Positions 28,181 to 37,322 of a stretch of DNA of 64,000 bases are shown here, piece after piece. The notes beneath the pieces are model-generated. The model made no database searches and was not told the DNA's origin. It saw nothing but the letters and a program-made list of their open reading frames with translations. A program made the position numbers and the translations under genes. This DNA comes from Candidatus Zixiibacteriota bacterium (GTDB lineage: Bacteria > Zixibacteria > MSB-5A5 > CAIYYT01). How positions within the stretch are numbered: the stretch's first letter is position 1; every line of letters starts with the position of its first letter. The stretch is taken from contig JADYYF010000088.1 in NCBI GenBank assembly GCA_020853795.1, positions 12,820 to 76,819 of the forward strand, written 5' to 3'.

Positions 28181-28942
28181 TCAGCTATTGGGGTTGTTCT
28201 GGTCACCGTCCAGCTCATCAAGATCAAGCTCGGCGGTGTCTTCTTCATCGGTGACATCAGGCGCAAGATCGTAGCGGGACGTCAAGGCGTCGGCGGCGGC
28301 ATCGGCCAAGTCAGTAACAGTATCCGCCGCATCTGCGGTCGAGGCGCCCAGCTCAAGCTCGGGCTGGCGGTGCGCCAGCACCTTGTGGGAGGCAACCTCT
28401 GCGAGCCGCGGCAATTGCTCAAGGCCGGCAATGCCGAAGTATTCCAGAAATTTCTGTGTCGTGGCATAGAGGAGCGGCTTGCCGACCTTCTCTGCCCTGC
28501 CGGCCATCTTGATCAACTTCCGTTCGAGCAGAGTCTGAACCACACCATCGGCGGCAACACCGCGGATTTGTTCGATCTCGCCCTTGGTGATCGGCTGTTT
28601 GTAAGCGATGATGGCGAGCGTCTCCAACCCGGCCGGGGTCAGACGGCGATCGCGCTGAACCGAAAAGTACTTCTCAACCTGCACCGCAAAATCGGGAATC
28701 AGGTAGTATTGAAAGCCGCCGGCGATTTCACGGATGCGGAAGGTATTGTTGTTCGCCGTGTATTTCTCGTTCAACTTGTCGACGATGCCTTTGACACCGC
28801 CTTTGTGGCGCGAGGAGAGAAGCTTCTTCAATTCGACGGTCGGCATCGGCCGCGGCGACGAAAACAGCACCGCCTCGATCAGATTGATTTCTTCCTCGGT
28901 ATATCCCTGCGGATTAGAGTCGGACGACATAGATTTCTCCAA
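28181..28942 (-). CDS. scpB: segregation and condensation protein B
   Basis: ScpB winged-helix repeats (IEAVLFSSPRPMPTVELKKLL...) with an acidic C-terminal tail. It follows scpA. Confidence 0.85.
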   Translation of the reverse strand: MEKSMSSDSNPQGYTEEEINLIEAVLFSSPRPMPTVELKKLLSSRHKGGVKGIVDKLNEKYTANNNTFRIREIAGGFQYYLIPDFAVQVEKYFSVQRDRRLTPAGLETLAIIAYKQPITKGEIEQIRGVAADGVVQTLLERKLIKMAGRAEKVGKPLLYATTQKFLEYFGIAGLEQLPRLAEVASHKVLAHRQPELELGASTADAADTVTDLADAAADALTSRYDLAPDVTDEEDTAELDLDELDGDQNNPNS

Positions 28943-29666
28943 AGTGTTGGTGCTGGCGGGCGGCGATGCGTTGCAGTTTGACCAGTTCCAGCAGCGCCAG
29001 CAACGTCACGACGTAGTAGATCCGCGCCTGGTTGCGCTCGACCAGTTCGGTCAGAGTGGTCTCGTCCTTGCGTTCGAGGACCGAGAGGATATACTCGATC
29101 TGGTCTTCGATCGACAGCTCAAAATTCTCCACCTCGTGGGTCGGTTGGTCGGCCGCGGATTTCATCACCTCGGCAAAGGCGCGCACGAGGTCATACAGCG
29201 TGGCATCGATCGTAAACGTCTCGCGGACTTCCGGGCTGAGAAAGGAGAAATCACCGCGCTTGAGCACTTGCCGCTCGCGGACTTCCATCAGAGCCATCTG
29301 CTCGGAGGCTTCCTTGTAGCGTTTGTATTCGAGCAGCGCCATGATGAGTTCTTCGCGCGGGTCCTCATCATCACCTTCGAGTTCAGGATGGCGTGGCATC
29401 AGCAGGCGCGCCTTGATCCGAATGAGCGTGGCGGCCATCAGCAGATATTCACCCGCCACTTCGAGATTCAGCAGCTTCATCATCTTGATGTAGTCAAGAT
29501 ACTGGCCGGTGATGCGGGCGATGGGTATGTCGTAGATGTCGATCTCTTCGTTGCGGATCAAGTAGAGCAAGAGGTCCAGCGGGCCTTCGAAGCCTTCGAT
29601 CTTGATCGGGAAGCTCTCATTTTCCGCGACCGCTGAGATATCGTCATACAGGTTGTCGTCGGTCAT
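28914..29666 (-). CDS. scpA: segregation and condensation protein A
   Basis: ScpA N-terminus FEGPLDLLLYLIRNEEIDIYDIPIARITGQYLDYI. Confidence 0.85.
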   Translation of the reverse strand: MTDDNLYDDISAVAENESFPIKIEGFEGPLDLLLYLIRNEEIDIYDIPIARITGQYLDYIKMMKLLNLEVAGEYLLMAATLIRIKARLLMPRHPELEGDDEDPREELIMALLEYKRYKEASEQMALMEVRERQVLKRGDFSFLSPEVRETFTIDATLYDLVRAFAEVMKSAADQPTHEVENFELSIEDQIEYILSVLERKDETTLTELVERNQARIYYVVTLLALLELVKLQRIAARQHQHFGEIYVVRL

Positions 29667-30643
29667 CGCAGATGCATCTTCCCGCGCACAATCGCCATGG
29701 TTTCCTGAGCCCGCTCCCGGGCTCGTTTGGCGCCGTCGGCGAGGACATCGTTGACGAAGGACAGATTGCCTTCGAGTTCGCGCCGCCGCGCCCGGATCGG
29801 TTCTAACGCTTTATTTACATGATCGGCAAGCTCTTTTTTGCAGGCCACACAGCCGAGTTCGCCGCTGCGACAGGTGCGGTCAATGCGGTCGATGTCGTCT
29901 TTGGCAGTATAGAGCTGATGCAAGGCGAAGACGGGACAGATTTCCGGGCGCCCGGGATCGCCCTTGCGCAGCTTCTGCGGATCGGTAAACATCTTCTTGA
30001 TCTTGGCAGCGGTTTCTTCCGGTGTCTCGGCGATGGTGATTTCATTGCCGTAGGACTTGCTCATTTTCTGGCCGTCGATTCCCGGCACAACCGGCACTTT
30101 GGTCAGGAGCGCGTCGGGATCGGGAAAGACGTCGCCATAGAGGAAATTAAAGCGGCGACCGACTTCGCGCGTCAATTCGATGTGCGGCAACTGATCTTTG
30201 CCGACCGGCACATAGTCGGCGCGGTAAAGTAGAATGTCGGCAGCCTGCAGGAGCGGGTAGCCGAGGAAGCCGTAGCTGTCGAGCCCGAGTTTCTCAGCCT
30301 TCTCTTTGTAGGACGGCACGCGTTCGAGCCAAGAGGTCGGCGTAATCATCGAGAACAACAGATGCAATTCGGCGTGTTCCTTGACCTGCGACTGGATGAA
30401 AATGGCGCACAGTTTAGGGTCCAGTCCGGCAGCGAGATAGTCGATGGCCATCTGGACGATCTTGTCGTCGAGGTCGGCAGTCTTGTCGTAATCGGCGGTC
30501 AGCGCATGCCAATCGACGATACAGGCATACATGTGGTAGTCGTGCTGGAGCCGCACCCAGTTGGCGAGCGCGCCTTCAAGATTGCCCAGATGCAACTTTC
30601 CCGTCGGCTGCATGCCGGAGAGAATGATTTTCTTCTGATTCAT
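29663..30643 (-). CDS. trpS: tryptophan--tRNA ligase
   Basis: Class I HIGH variant (SGMQPTGKLHLGNLEGA) and KMSKS. The start was chosen at MNQKKIILSG. Confidence 0.9.
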   Translation of the reverse strand: MNQKKIILSGMQPTGKLHLGNLEGALANWVRLQHDYHMYACIVDWHALTADYDKTADLDDKIVQMAIDYLAAGLDPKLCAIFIQSQVKEHAELHLLFSMITPTSWLERVPSYKEKAEKLGLDSYGFLGYPLLQAADILLYRADYVPVGKDQLPHIELTREVGRRFNFLYGDVFPDPDALLTKVPVVPGIDGQKMSKSYGNEITIAETPEETAAKIKKMFTDPQKLRKGDPGRPEICPVFALHQLYTAKDDIDRIDRTCRSGELGCVACKKELADHVNKALEPIRARRRELEGNLSFVNDVLADGAKRARERAQETMAIVRGKMHLR

Positions 30644-30653
30644 GGATGATTGA

Positions 30654-31160
30654 TTACCCGACAAAGAGATACTTCTTCCAGACTTCATCGCCTTTGCGCA
30701 CCAGCTGGCGAATGAAGGTGAGGTGGCTCGGTTTGCGCGGCCGGTTGATCAGCGGCAAGCCGGCCTCCTCGGGGGTGCGGTTACCCTTCTTGTTGTTGCA
30801 GCGCTCACAGGCGCAGACCAGATTCTCCCAGGTATCGCCGCCACCACGCAACTTGGGGATGACGTGATCAACGGTCATGGTGCCCACGGTGGTGCCGCAG
30901 TACTGGCAGACGCCGTTGTCGCGCTTGATGACGTTCTTACGATTCAGCATCACTTGTCGGTACGGGACCCGCGCGTACAGCTCGAGGCGGACGATCGATG
31001 GCTCGTCGATGGCGCGCGAAATCGAGCGGATTTTGCGGCCGCGCCGCGCTTCCACCATGGAAGCCTTCCCCATGTATACCATGACAATGGCGCGTTTGAC
31101 GCTGGTGGTAATCAACGGTTCGTAGTTCTGGTTAACGACGAGTACGGGGTCACTTAGCAT
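30654..31160 (-). CDS. HNH endonuclease family protein
   Basis: CQYCG...TVDHVIP...WENLVCACERCNNKKG. This is a Cys4 Zn-binding HNH motif. 168 aa. Confidence 0.7.
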   Translation of the reverse strand: MLSDPVLVVNQNYEPLITTSVKRAIVMVYMGKASMVEARRGRKIRSISRAIDEPSIVRLELYARVPYRQVMLNRKNVIKRDNGVCQYCGTTVGTMTVDHVIPKLRGGGDTWENLVCACERCNNKKGNRTPEEAGLPLINRPRKPSHLTFIRQLVRKGDEVWKKYLFVG

Positions 31161-31301
31161 ATATAAACCAAAGTAGCCTCTAAGTTACCCCGTTGCGACC
31201 GGAGTGTCAAACTAAAAACTGAGTTTCCCCCTTGAAATTCGCGGCTGCGCGCCGGATTGTTTTAGATTGACAGCCCGGCGAGGAGCGCGGAGATTGACAG
31301 C

Positions 31302-32231
31302 ATGAAGAAACCCGCGATTACATACCGAGCAGCCCGCGCGAGCGATCTGGTTCCCGCGCAAAAAATGATCATGGTTTCGTTCAACGATCTGCGCAAGAAG
31401 TCGGGGATGGCGCGCATTAAGTACAAGATTACCGGCCCTGATCCCTGGATGGCCCACTTCATCAAGACTGATCCGGAGGGCGCGTTTGCCGCATTTGACA
31501 AGCAGGACCGGCTGATTGGCTATGCGCAGGCGCTGATTCGTGAGAACGAGTGGTACCTGGGATTTCTCTTCGTGCTGCCGGAGTTTCAGAGCGCCGGCGT
31601 CGGCGGCAGGCTGCTAAAACGGGCGCTGGATTACGGGCGACGGAACCGGGGGATCAAGCGCTGGGCATTGGCAACGTTTGCCTACAACCCGCAGGCGATC
31701 GCTATTTACAGCAAGCACGGCATGACGCCACAGAGTCCGCTGATCGCGATGGTGCGTAAGTGGGACGAAAAGCGCCCGCCGCGGCCGATCAAGGGCGGCT
31801 GTACGGCACGGGTCGTGACCGAGATCGACCACAAGTTGATCGGCCGACTGACAGCGTTTGATCGCAAGGTACGCGGGATTGCCCGTCCCGAGGAGCACTT
31901 CTTGTGGAGCGATACCGACACGATCTATCCACTGGTGTTCCTCGAGGGCCGAAGGATTCTTGGCTACTGCGTCGTCACCAAGGGCGGCTCGATCGGCCCC
32001 ATCGCGGCGTCACGGCCGGAGTTGCTGAAGCCGATCCTGATTTCCGCTTTGAACTACGGTCTGGTGCTCGGCCATACTCGCCAGTTGATTCAGGCGGTTG
32101 GAGAGAATGTCGAGATCGTCCGGTTGTTGATGGACAACAGTTTTCGCATCGAGGAGACTTCGCTGGTGATGGCGAGCGAGCGCTTTGCCGATCCGCAGCG
32201 ATACATTCCGGGGCATTTGGCGCACTATTAG
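31302..32231 (+). CDS. GNAT family N-acetyltransferase (two-lobed)
   Basis: Acetyl-CoA motif QSAGVGGRLLKRALDYGRRN. 309 aa. Confidence 0.65.
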   Translation: MKKPAITYRAARASDLVPAQKMIMVSFNDLRKKSGMARIKYKITGPDPWMAHFIKTDPEGAFAAFDKQDRLIGYAQALIRENEWYLGFLFVLPEFQSAGVGGRLLKRALDYGRRNRGIKRWALATFAYNPQAIAIYSKHGMTPQSPLIAMVRKWDEKRPPRPIKGGCTARVVTEIDHKLIGRLTAFDRKVRGIARPEEHFLWSDTDTIYPLVFLEGRRILGYCVVTKGGSIGPIAASRPELLKPILISALNYGLVLGHTRQLIQAVGENVEIVRLLMDNSFRIEETSLVMASERFADPQRYIPGHLAHY

Positions 32232-32412
32232 TCGAAGAACGCCCCGCCAAGCGAACCCCCGCTGAAGAGATTTTCGTATATTCTTGAGAAGCGCAAGCCG
32301 ATAGCTGCCTACAGAAGACCGCAGCAACGACTTCGTTAAAGCGAAGTTCGCCGGGCCGTCAAAAGTGAGGCCTTGGGAACCGCAAATATGACTTCAGGTT
32401 ATCATAGGTGAG

Positions 32413-33648
32413 ATGAGGCAATTCCAGTTAGCCGTAGCCGCCGGAATATTCGTGTTATTGCTCGCCCTCGGACAGGTGATCCTGCTGCGGGTGATGAATA
32501 CGATTTGGTGGCGCAAGAGGCCGATCAAGCGGGTGTCGCTGGGTTTGCTGTTTTTCACACTGGCGGCTGCCGCGGGCTGGGCGATCGTGGCGTACTTCCG
32601 GATCTCGCCGACGTTCACCTACATTTTCGCCACCGCGACTTCCCTTGCAGCGATCTTGAGTTTTGCCTTGTTGGTATCGCTGCCATTTTCAGGAGTCCTG
32701 AACACGATTGAATACTGGATTGCGCGAATTCAGACCAAGCGCGCACCGGCCGCCTCCGACGAACCCGGCTCGAAGCAGCGGCGATTAGTTCTACAGACTG
32801 CGGCGGCATTCTTCCCCTTAAGTGCCGTGGCGTTGGGATCGGGCGGGATGAGCAAGGCGTTCTCCGGCGTCGACGTGCGCGAGATTCCGTTCTACTTCGA
32901 GGATCTGCCACCGGATCTGGACGGTTTCCGGATCTTCCACTTTTCCGACAGCCACTTGGGACCGTACGTCGACAATGACGATGTGGAAGCGCTCTTGCTC
33001 AAGGCTGAGACATTTCAGCCGCACCTGATGCTGATTTCCGGAGATATCGCAGATGATTTGACAATGCTACCAACCTGTGTGCGGCAGTTCGAGCAGTTCA
33101 AGACGAAGTACGGCGCCTACGCCTCGATGGGCAATCACGACTATTATCGGGGTGCGCCGCAAGTGATCGCGCAATTTGAGCGGTCGAGCGTGCCGATGCT
33201 GATCGACCGCGGCGTGACGCTGAAGGTCGGCCGGACCGACCTGTATATCGGCGGGGCTGATGATCCGCGGCGGATGGGCGAGCCGGTCGATGACTTCCTG
33301 CGTGTTTCGGTCGAGCGCACTCTTAACGGCGCTCCGGGCCAAGGATTCAAAATCATCATGAGTCATCGGCCGAGCGGATTTGACCAATCGGCTGTGCAGG
33401 GCGTGGACTTAACGCTGGCGGGGCACACTCACGGCTGCCAGATCGGATTCATGGGAGAGCCGATTTTCAACGAGTGGGGCGGTGAGCGCTATGTTTGGGG
33501 CAAATACCGGAAAGGTAATTCACAGCTGTACACGTCCAGCGGCGTCGGCCACTGGTTTCCCTTCCGGCTGGGCTGCCCGACAGAAGCGCCGATTATTGTC
33601 CTGAAACGCGGGAAAGACCCGAGAGCCGTATCCGAACAAGCGGTTTAA
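32413..33648 (+). CDS. membrane-anchored calcineurin-like metallophosphoesterase
   Basis: Four N-terminal TM segments followed by the motifs FSDSHLG, GDIADD, GNHDYY and GHTHG. Confidence 0.75.
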   Translation: MRQFQLAVAAGIFVLLLALGQVILLRVMNTIWWRKRPIKRVSLGLLFFTLAAAAGWAIVAYFRISPTFTYIFATATSLAAILSFALLVSLPFSGVLNTIEYWIARIQTKRAPAASDEPGSKQRRLVLQTAAAFFPLSAVALGSGGMSKAFSGVDVREIPFYFEDLPPDLDGFRIFHFSDSHLGPYVDNDDVEALLLKAETFQPHLMLISGDIADDLTMLPTCVRQFEQFKTKYGAYASMGNHDYYRGAPQVIAQFERSSVPMLIDRGVTLKVGRTDLYIGGADDPRRMGEPVDDFLRVSVERTLNGAPGQGFKIIMSHRPSGFDQSAVQGVDLTLAGHTHGCQIGFMGEPIFNEWGGERYVWGKYRKGNSQLYTSSGVGHWFPFRLGCPTEAPIIVLKRGKDPRAVSEQAV

Positions 33649-33657
33649 TCCCACATC

Positions 33658-33700
33658 TGCCCAAAACAAAAACGGCGGGTCTTCCGACTCGCCGTTTGCA
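33658..33700. terminator. bidirectional rho-independent terminator between convergent genes
   Basis: 12-bp stem AAACGGCGGGTC/GACTCGCCGTTT (one G-U pair) with a TTCC loop. It is flanked by an A-tract on one side and a T-tract on the other. On the minus strand it is followed by TTTTTGTTTTGGG. Confidence 0.6.
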
Positions 33701-33716
33701 TTGCCCAAGACATTCC

Positions 33717-35750
33717 TTACACGCCGACCGGATCGCCGCGCCGTGCCTCCTGGATTGCGCGGACTTCCTTGACGATCTTTTCCGCTTGCCGCTTGATGGC
33801 GACCAGATTGGTCGAGGCATCCTCGTCGCGCACGCCAACGGTAGTGATGAGATGATCGGTCCGGGCCATGATCGAGGTAAGCGGCGTGGCCAGCCGGACC
33901 GGAAGATCGACGAAGACCTCGCCGAGGGTCTGCGTCCGCTCCAATTGGTTGACGCGGCGACGCAAAGCATCGACCTGCAGGGTATCGCCAATTCGTTCGA
34001 GGACATGCGCCATCACACCGGCCATACCGCGCGCAAACAGCGTATCCGCGAGTGAAAAGTGGCTGCGCTCCCAACAGCGCAACTCCGAAACCGTCAGCAG
34101 CCCGAGGACGCGGCTGTTGGCGACAATCGGAATAATCAGGGCCGACTGCACGCCGGCAACCGTGGTCAGGGAGATTTCGCCGTCATCCATGCTGATGTGT
34201 TCCTCGCGCTGATTGATCACGATCAACCGCCCGTGCTGGACGGCAGCATTATGCCAGCGCGCCGTGTTTAGCGGGACGCTCGTGACCGCAGCGGCCTGCG
34301 CGGAGACGTCGTGGCTGGCCGATTCGCCGACCAGCTCGATCGTATCGGCGCGATGGTCGTAGCGCCAGAGTCGGCAGAAGGTGGCGGGAAGCTTGTGGAC
34401 CAGGAGCGACATCAATTCGGCCAGGAGGCGATCAGGCGTCTTCTCCTGAGCGACGATGCGCAGCGCGCCGGTCAGATCGAGCAGTTGGCGATTGAGTGTC
34501 ACCAGTTGATGGTTCAGCTGGTCGACGCGGATCGCCGGCGCCAGGGTGGTAATCAGGTCGGCCGCGATCTGTTCGCCCAGCTGATACGGCAAAGTCGGGG
34601 ACTCGGAGGCGAGTGTGATCGCGGCAATAACCAGATTGTTGTGCAAGACCGGGAAAGTGAGCGCGTAGTTGACGCCGCACGAACTGAGCCAACGGTCATC
34701 TTCGAAATTGCTGCGGGCGAGGTCGTCGGCGGCGATGAGTTGTGGGCTGGCGAAGACGCGGCCAAGCTGGGTCGAGTGAGTTGCGATCGATTTGTTGCGT
34801 TCGCTGATCAGGTTGCGGCCCTTGCCGACGCAATACTGCGTCACCTGGAATCCGCGCGGATCAAAGACAGCGATACGCAGCAGGTCGAACGAGAGAGAGC
34901 GCCGCAGGGTATCGTAGATGAGCAGCAGCTTGTCCTCCAACAACTCGGCATCCCCCAGTTCACGGCGGAGTTCTGCCAGGCAGGCATTGAGGGTGCGATG
35001 GGGAGCGCCGGCGCCCGTCGCCGGCTGCATGCCGAACAGCCTATTCGCCGATTGCAGAAGTGCCATCTGACGGTCCCCGGGAAATTCGCTGCTATCCCAT
35101 TCCAGGAGCGCCAGGGTGAGATCATCGCCTTCGCGACCGGTCGGCATGACAACGGCGGGACACGCGTTATCACGCAATCCGTCCGACACGAAGACGAAAT
35201 TGGCGGAATCGAGGAGTTGCCGGTATGGCATGAGCCGTCGCGAGAGGAGTTCCGTATCGAGGCCGGCAGCGGCAGGAGAGTTGACGACGCCGCCGGGTGA
35301 CAGCTTCAGCCAAAGTGCCGGTCGGCAGTCGAGGAATTTTGTAAGCGTGGCGGCGATTTGTGCGGCTCGTTCGGCTGGCGCAACGGAGATGTGCAGTGAG
35401 GCGGACAGCTCGTGCATCAGAGCCAGTTGCGATTGCACGAGAGCCGCGGAATGGCGCGTATCCGCGATGGCGGTCAGCCAGTCATAGAGTCCCGAACCGA
35501 AGACGATCGCGCCAGCCGCCAGACAGACTGCTTCCGCAGTAATCACGGCTGCTGGTGTGATCAGGTAAGCAATTTCGGCCACCCAGCCGGCGCGTACACA
35601 GACGTGGATGAACAGCGCAACCAGCCAGAAGAGCTGTCCCATCATCAATTTGTTGTAGGTTGCGGGCACCTCGGCAAAGAACGTCTGGCGGATACGCGAG
35701 AAGCCGAAGGTCGATACGATGAGCACAATCAGCAGCAGATATTCAGTCAC
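33717..35750 (-). CDS. polytopic membrane sensor with tandem GAF-like domains and a C-terminal dimerisation/HisKA-like helix (no recognisable ATPase domain)
   Basis: N-terminal TM helices (LLLIVLIVSTFGF, LFWLVALFIHV, AAVITAEAVCLAAGAIVFGSGL) are followed by GAF-like repeats. The C-terminus is helical (RLATPLTSIMARTDHLITT). Confidence 0.5.
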   Translation of the reverse strand: MTEYLLLIVLIVSTFGFSRIRQTFFAEVPATYNKLMMGQLFWLVALFIHVCVRAGWVAEIAYLITPAAVITAEAVCLAAGAIVFGSGLYDWLTAIADTRHSAALVQSQLALMHELSASLHISVAPAERAAQIAATLTKFLDCRPALWLKLSPGGVVNSPAAAGLDTELLSRRLMPYRQLLDSANFVFVSDGLRDNACPAVVMPTGREGDDLTLALLEWDSSEFPGDRQMALLQSANRLFGMQPATGAGAPHRTLNACLAELRRELGDAELLEDKLLLIYDTLRRSLSFDLLRIAVFDPRGFQVTQYCVGKGRNLISERNKSIATHSTQLGRVFASPQLIAADDLARSNFEDDRWLSSCGVNYALTFPVLHNNLVIAAITLASESPTLPYQLGEQIAADLITTLAPAIRVDQLNHQLVTLNRQLLDLTGALRIVAQEKTPDRLLAELMSLLVHKLPATFCRLWRYDHRADTIELVGESASHDVSAQAAAVTSVPLNTARWHNAAVQHGRLIVINQREEHISMDDGEISLTTVAGVQSALIIPIVANSRVLGLLTVSELRCWERSHFSLADTLFARGMAGVMAHVLERIGDTLQVDALRRRVNQLERTQTLGEVFVDLPVRLATPLTSIMARTDHLITTVGVRDEDASTNLVAIKRQAEKIVKEVRAIQEARRGDPVGV

Positions 35751-35833
35751 AGTTCTCCTCCTTGAGAGGCATGCTCTCCCCTGTACTCAATGTATCGACA
35801 ATTGGAAGCTAACGATTACCGCCGGGGCGGCGG

Positions 35834-36688
35834 TCAGAACTTGCTGAGATTCTCGTGGATCGCCGCCGGAAGCTGCGCCGGCGACAAGGCGCCGAGATCG
35901 GTGACAAAGCTGGTGACCAGGCGATTGGGGGTTTCTTCGAAAAGCCGGTCGATGCGGGTAATCCGGTCGGCGATCGGGACGGCCGATTCATGGCGCGACG
36001 GCCGCAGATGTGCCGGCGCCAGCTTGCTGCGATCAGCCAGAACATAGACCGGCAGGCGCAGGTCGGCGGCAAAGCGGCAGAGGGCATGCGTGCCAACCTT
36101 GTTCGTGAAATCGGCTTCGGCGATCCAGTCGGCACCGAGCAGGACGGCGTTTACCTCTTTCAGGAAGGTGAGGCGGGCATCATCGGGAAAGATGGTGACG
36201 GCGAATTTATCAGCCGCCAGCTTGGTGGCCAAGCGCAGACCTTCGACATCAGGGCGCGCCTCAGACAAGAAGATTCTGGTCTTGCGATTGAAAATCTCGG
36301 TCACGGCCTGTTCGAGGATGCCGGAATTGCTGTGCAGCATGATCGCCTCCCAGTTGGAGCCGATCGGCCAGAAATGGCTTACGATTTGAGTGCGGGCCAG
36401 CTGATGGTCAGCAGTCAGGCGCTGCAAGAGTTCGCGCAGGTGAGCCGTGAGGTCGCTACCGCCACCGCCAGTGACAGCGGCGGCTAGCGCTGCGCCGGCG
36501 TAATGGAAACAGGCCATTTCGCGACGCGTTGCAGTGACCGCTGCCGGCAGTTCAACCAGGTTGGCGCCGACCAACTCCGACTGATTCAACGCGGTTGTCA
36601 GGATGCTCAAGAGTTGTTGGTACAATTGCGACGAGCCGCTAGTGCGATCGGCGCGCAGCGGTTCAAGCAGTCTGGCCCAGTCGTGCAT
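35834..36688 (-). CDS. eIF-2B alpha/beta/delta family protein (MtnA / ribose-1,5-bisphosphate isomerase-like)
   Basis: Family motif AVLLGADWIAEADFTNKVGTHALC (compare GADRIAANGDVANKIGT of MtnA). 284 aa. Confidence 0.55.
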   Translation of the reverse strand: MHDWARLLEPLRADRTSGSSQLYQQLLSILTTALNQSELVGANLVELPAAVTATRREMACFHYAGAALAAAVTGGGGSDLTAHLRELLQRLTADHQLARTQIVSHFWPIGSNWEAIMLHSNSGILEQAVTEIFNRKTRIFLSEARPDVEGLRLATKLAADKFAVTIFPDDARLTFLKEVNAVLLGADWIAEADFTNKVGTHALCRFAADLRLPVYVLADRSKLAPAHLRPSRHESAVPIADRITRIDRLFEETPNRLVTSFVTDLGALSPAQLPAAIHENLSKF

Positions 36689-37313
36689 GGATCTTGCTCG
36701 TGTTTTTGAAGTGCGTTTTGGCGACGTCCGCCAGTTTCATGTCGCCGTGTTGGCGGACGAATCGAGCGCCGACTTCGTCGACGATGGCGCCGCCGCCTTT
36801 CGGCAGTGCGATTGCAAATTCCGCTGAAAGTCGTTGCAGGCGGTCGAGGAATTCCGCACGGGCAATGATCGAAGCGACCGCGACGGCCGGCTCGGCTTCG
36901 CCGCGTACCCGTTGGACGATTTCGACATTGCGCCCCTTCTCCATCAATGCGCCGTTGAGCACATGGGCCTTAGCAAACTGATCGCTGACAACCCGGGAAC
37001 AATCGACCTTTTCCAGCAGGTTTTCGATGGCGCGGGCATGCCCCCAAGCGAGCAGTTTGTTAAGGTTGCCGATGCGAGCGTAGAGCTCGTTGTACTTGGC
37101 GGGCATAATTACGACGAGGGCGTGCGGCACGTCGCGCCGCAGCCGTGCGGCCACAGTGAGCGCGCGCTGGTCGGAAAGCAGTTTTGAGTCGCGGACATTG
37201 AGTTCATCGAGCAGCGGCCGCTCCAAGACGCTGATCGCTGCCGCCACCACCACCAGCGGGCCGAAATAGTCGCCCTTGCCGGACTCATCGACGCCGCCAA
37301 CGTAGTCGCTCAA
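36663..37313 (-). CDS. ribonuclease H, HII/HIII family
   Basis: GVDESGKGDYFGPLVVVAAAI matches the DExG.GDYFGP motif of RNase HIII. It is HII-sized (216 aa) and lacks an N-terminal TBP-like domain. Also contains DSKLLSDQRAL. Confidence 0.7.
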   Translation of the reverse strand: MSDYVGGVDESGKGDYFGPLVVVAAAISVLERPLLDELNVRDSKLLSDQRALTVAARLRRDVPHALVVIMPAKYNELYARIGNLNKLLAWGHARAIENLLEKVDCSRVVSDQFAKAHVLNGALMEKGRNVEIVQRVRGEAEPAVAVASIIARAEFLDRLQRLSAEFAIALPKGGGAIVDEVGARFVRQHGDMKLADVAKTHFKNTSKIHARLGQTA

Positions 37314-37322
37314 GCGCCGCTC

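Noticed and set aside
31264-31300. Sigma-70 promoter call for the GNAT gene from the TTGACA motifs
   Set aside because: The -10 candidate GAGATT is weak, and the second TTGACA abuts the ATG. It is reported as a repeat observation only.
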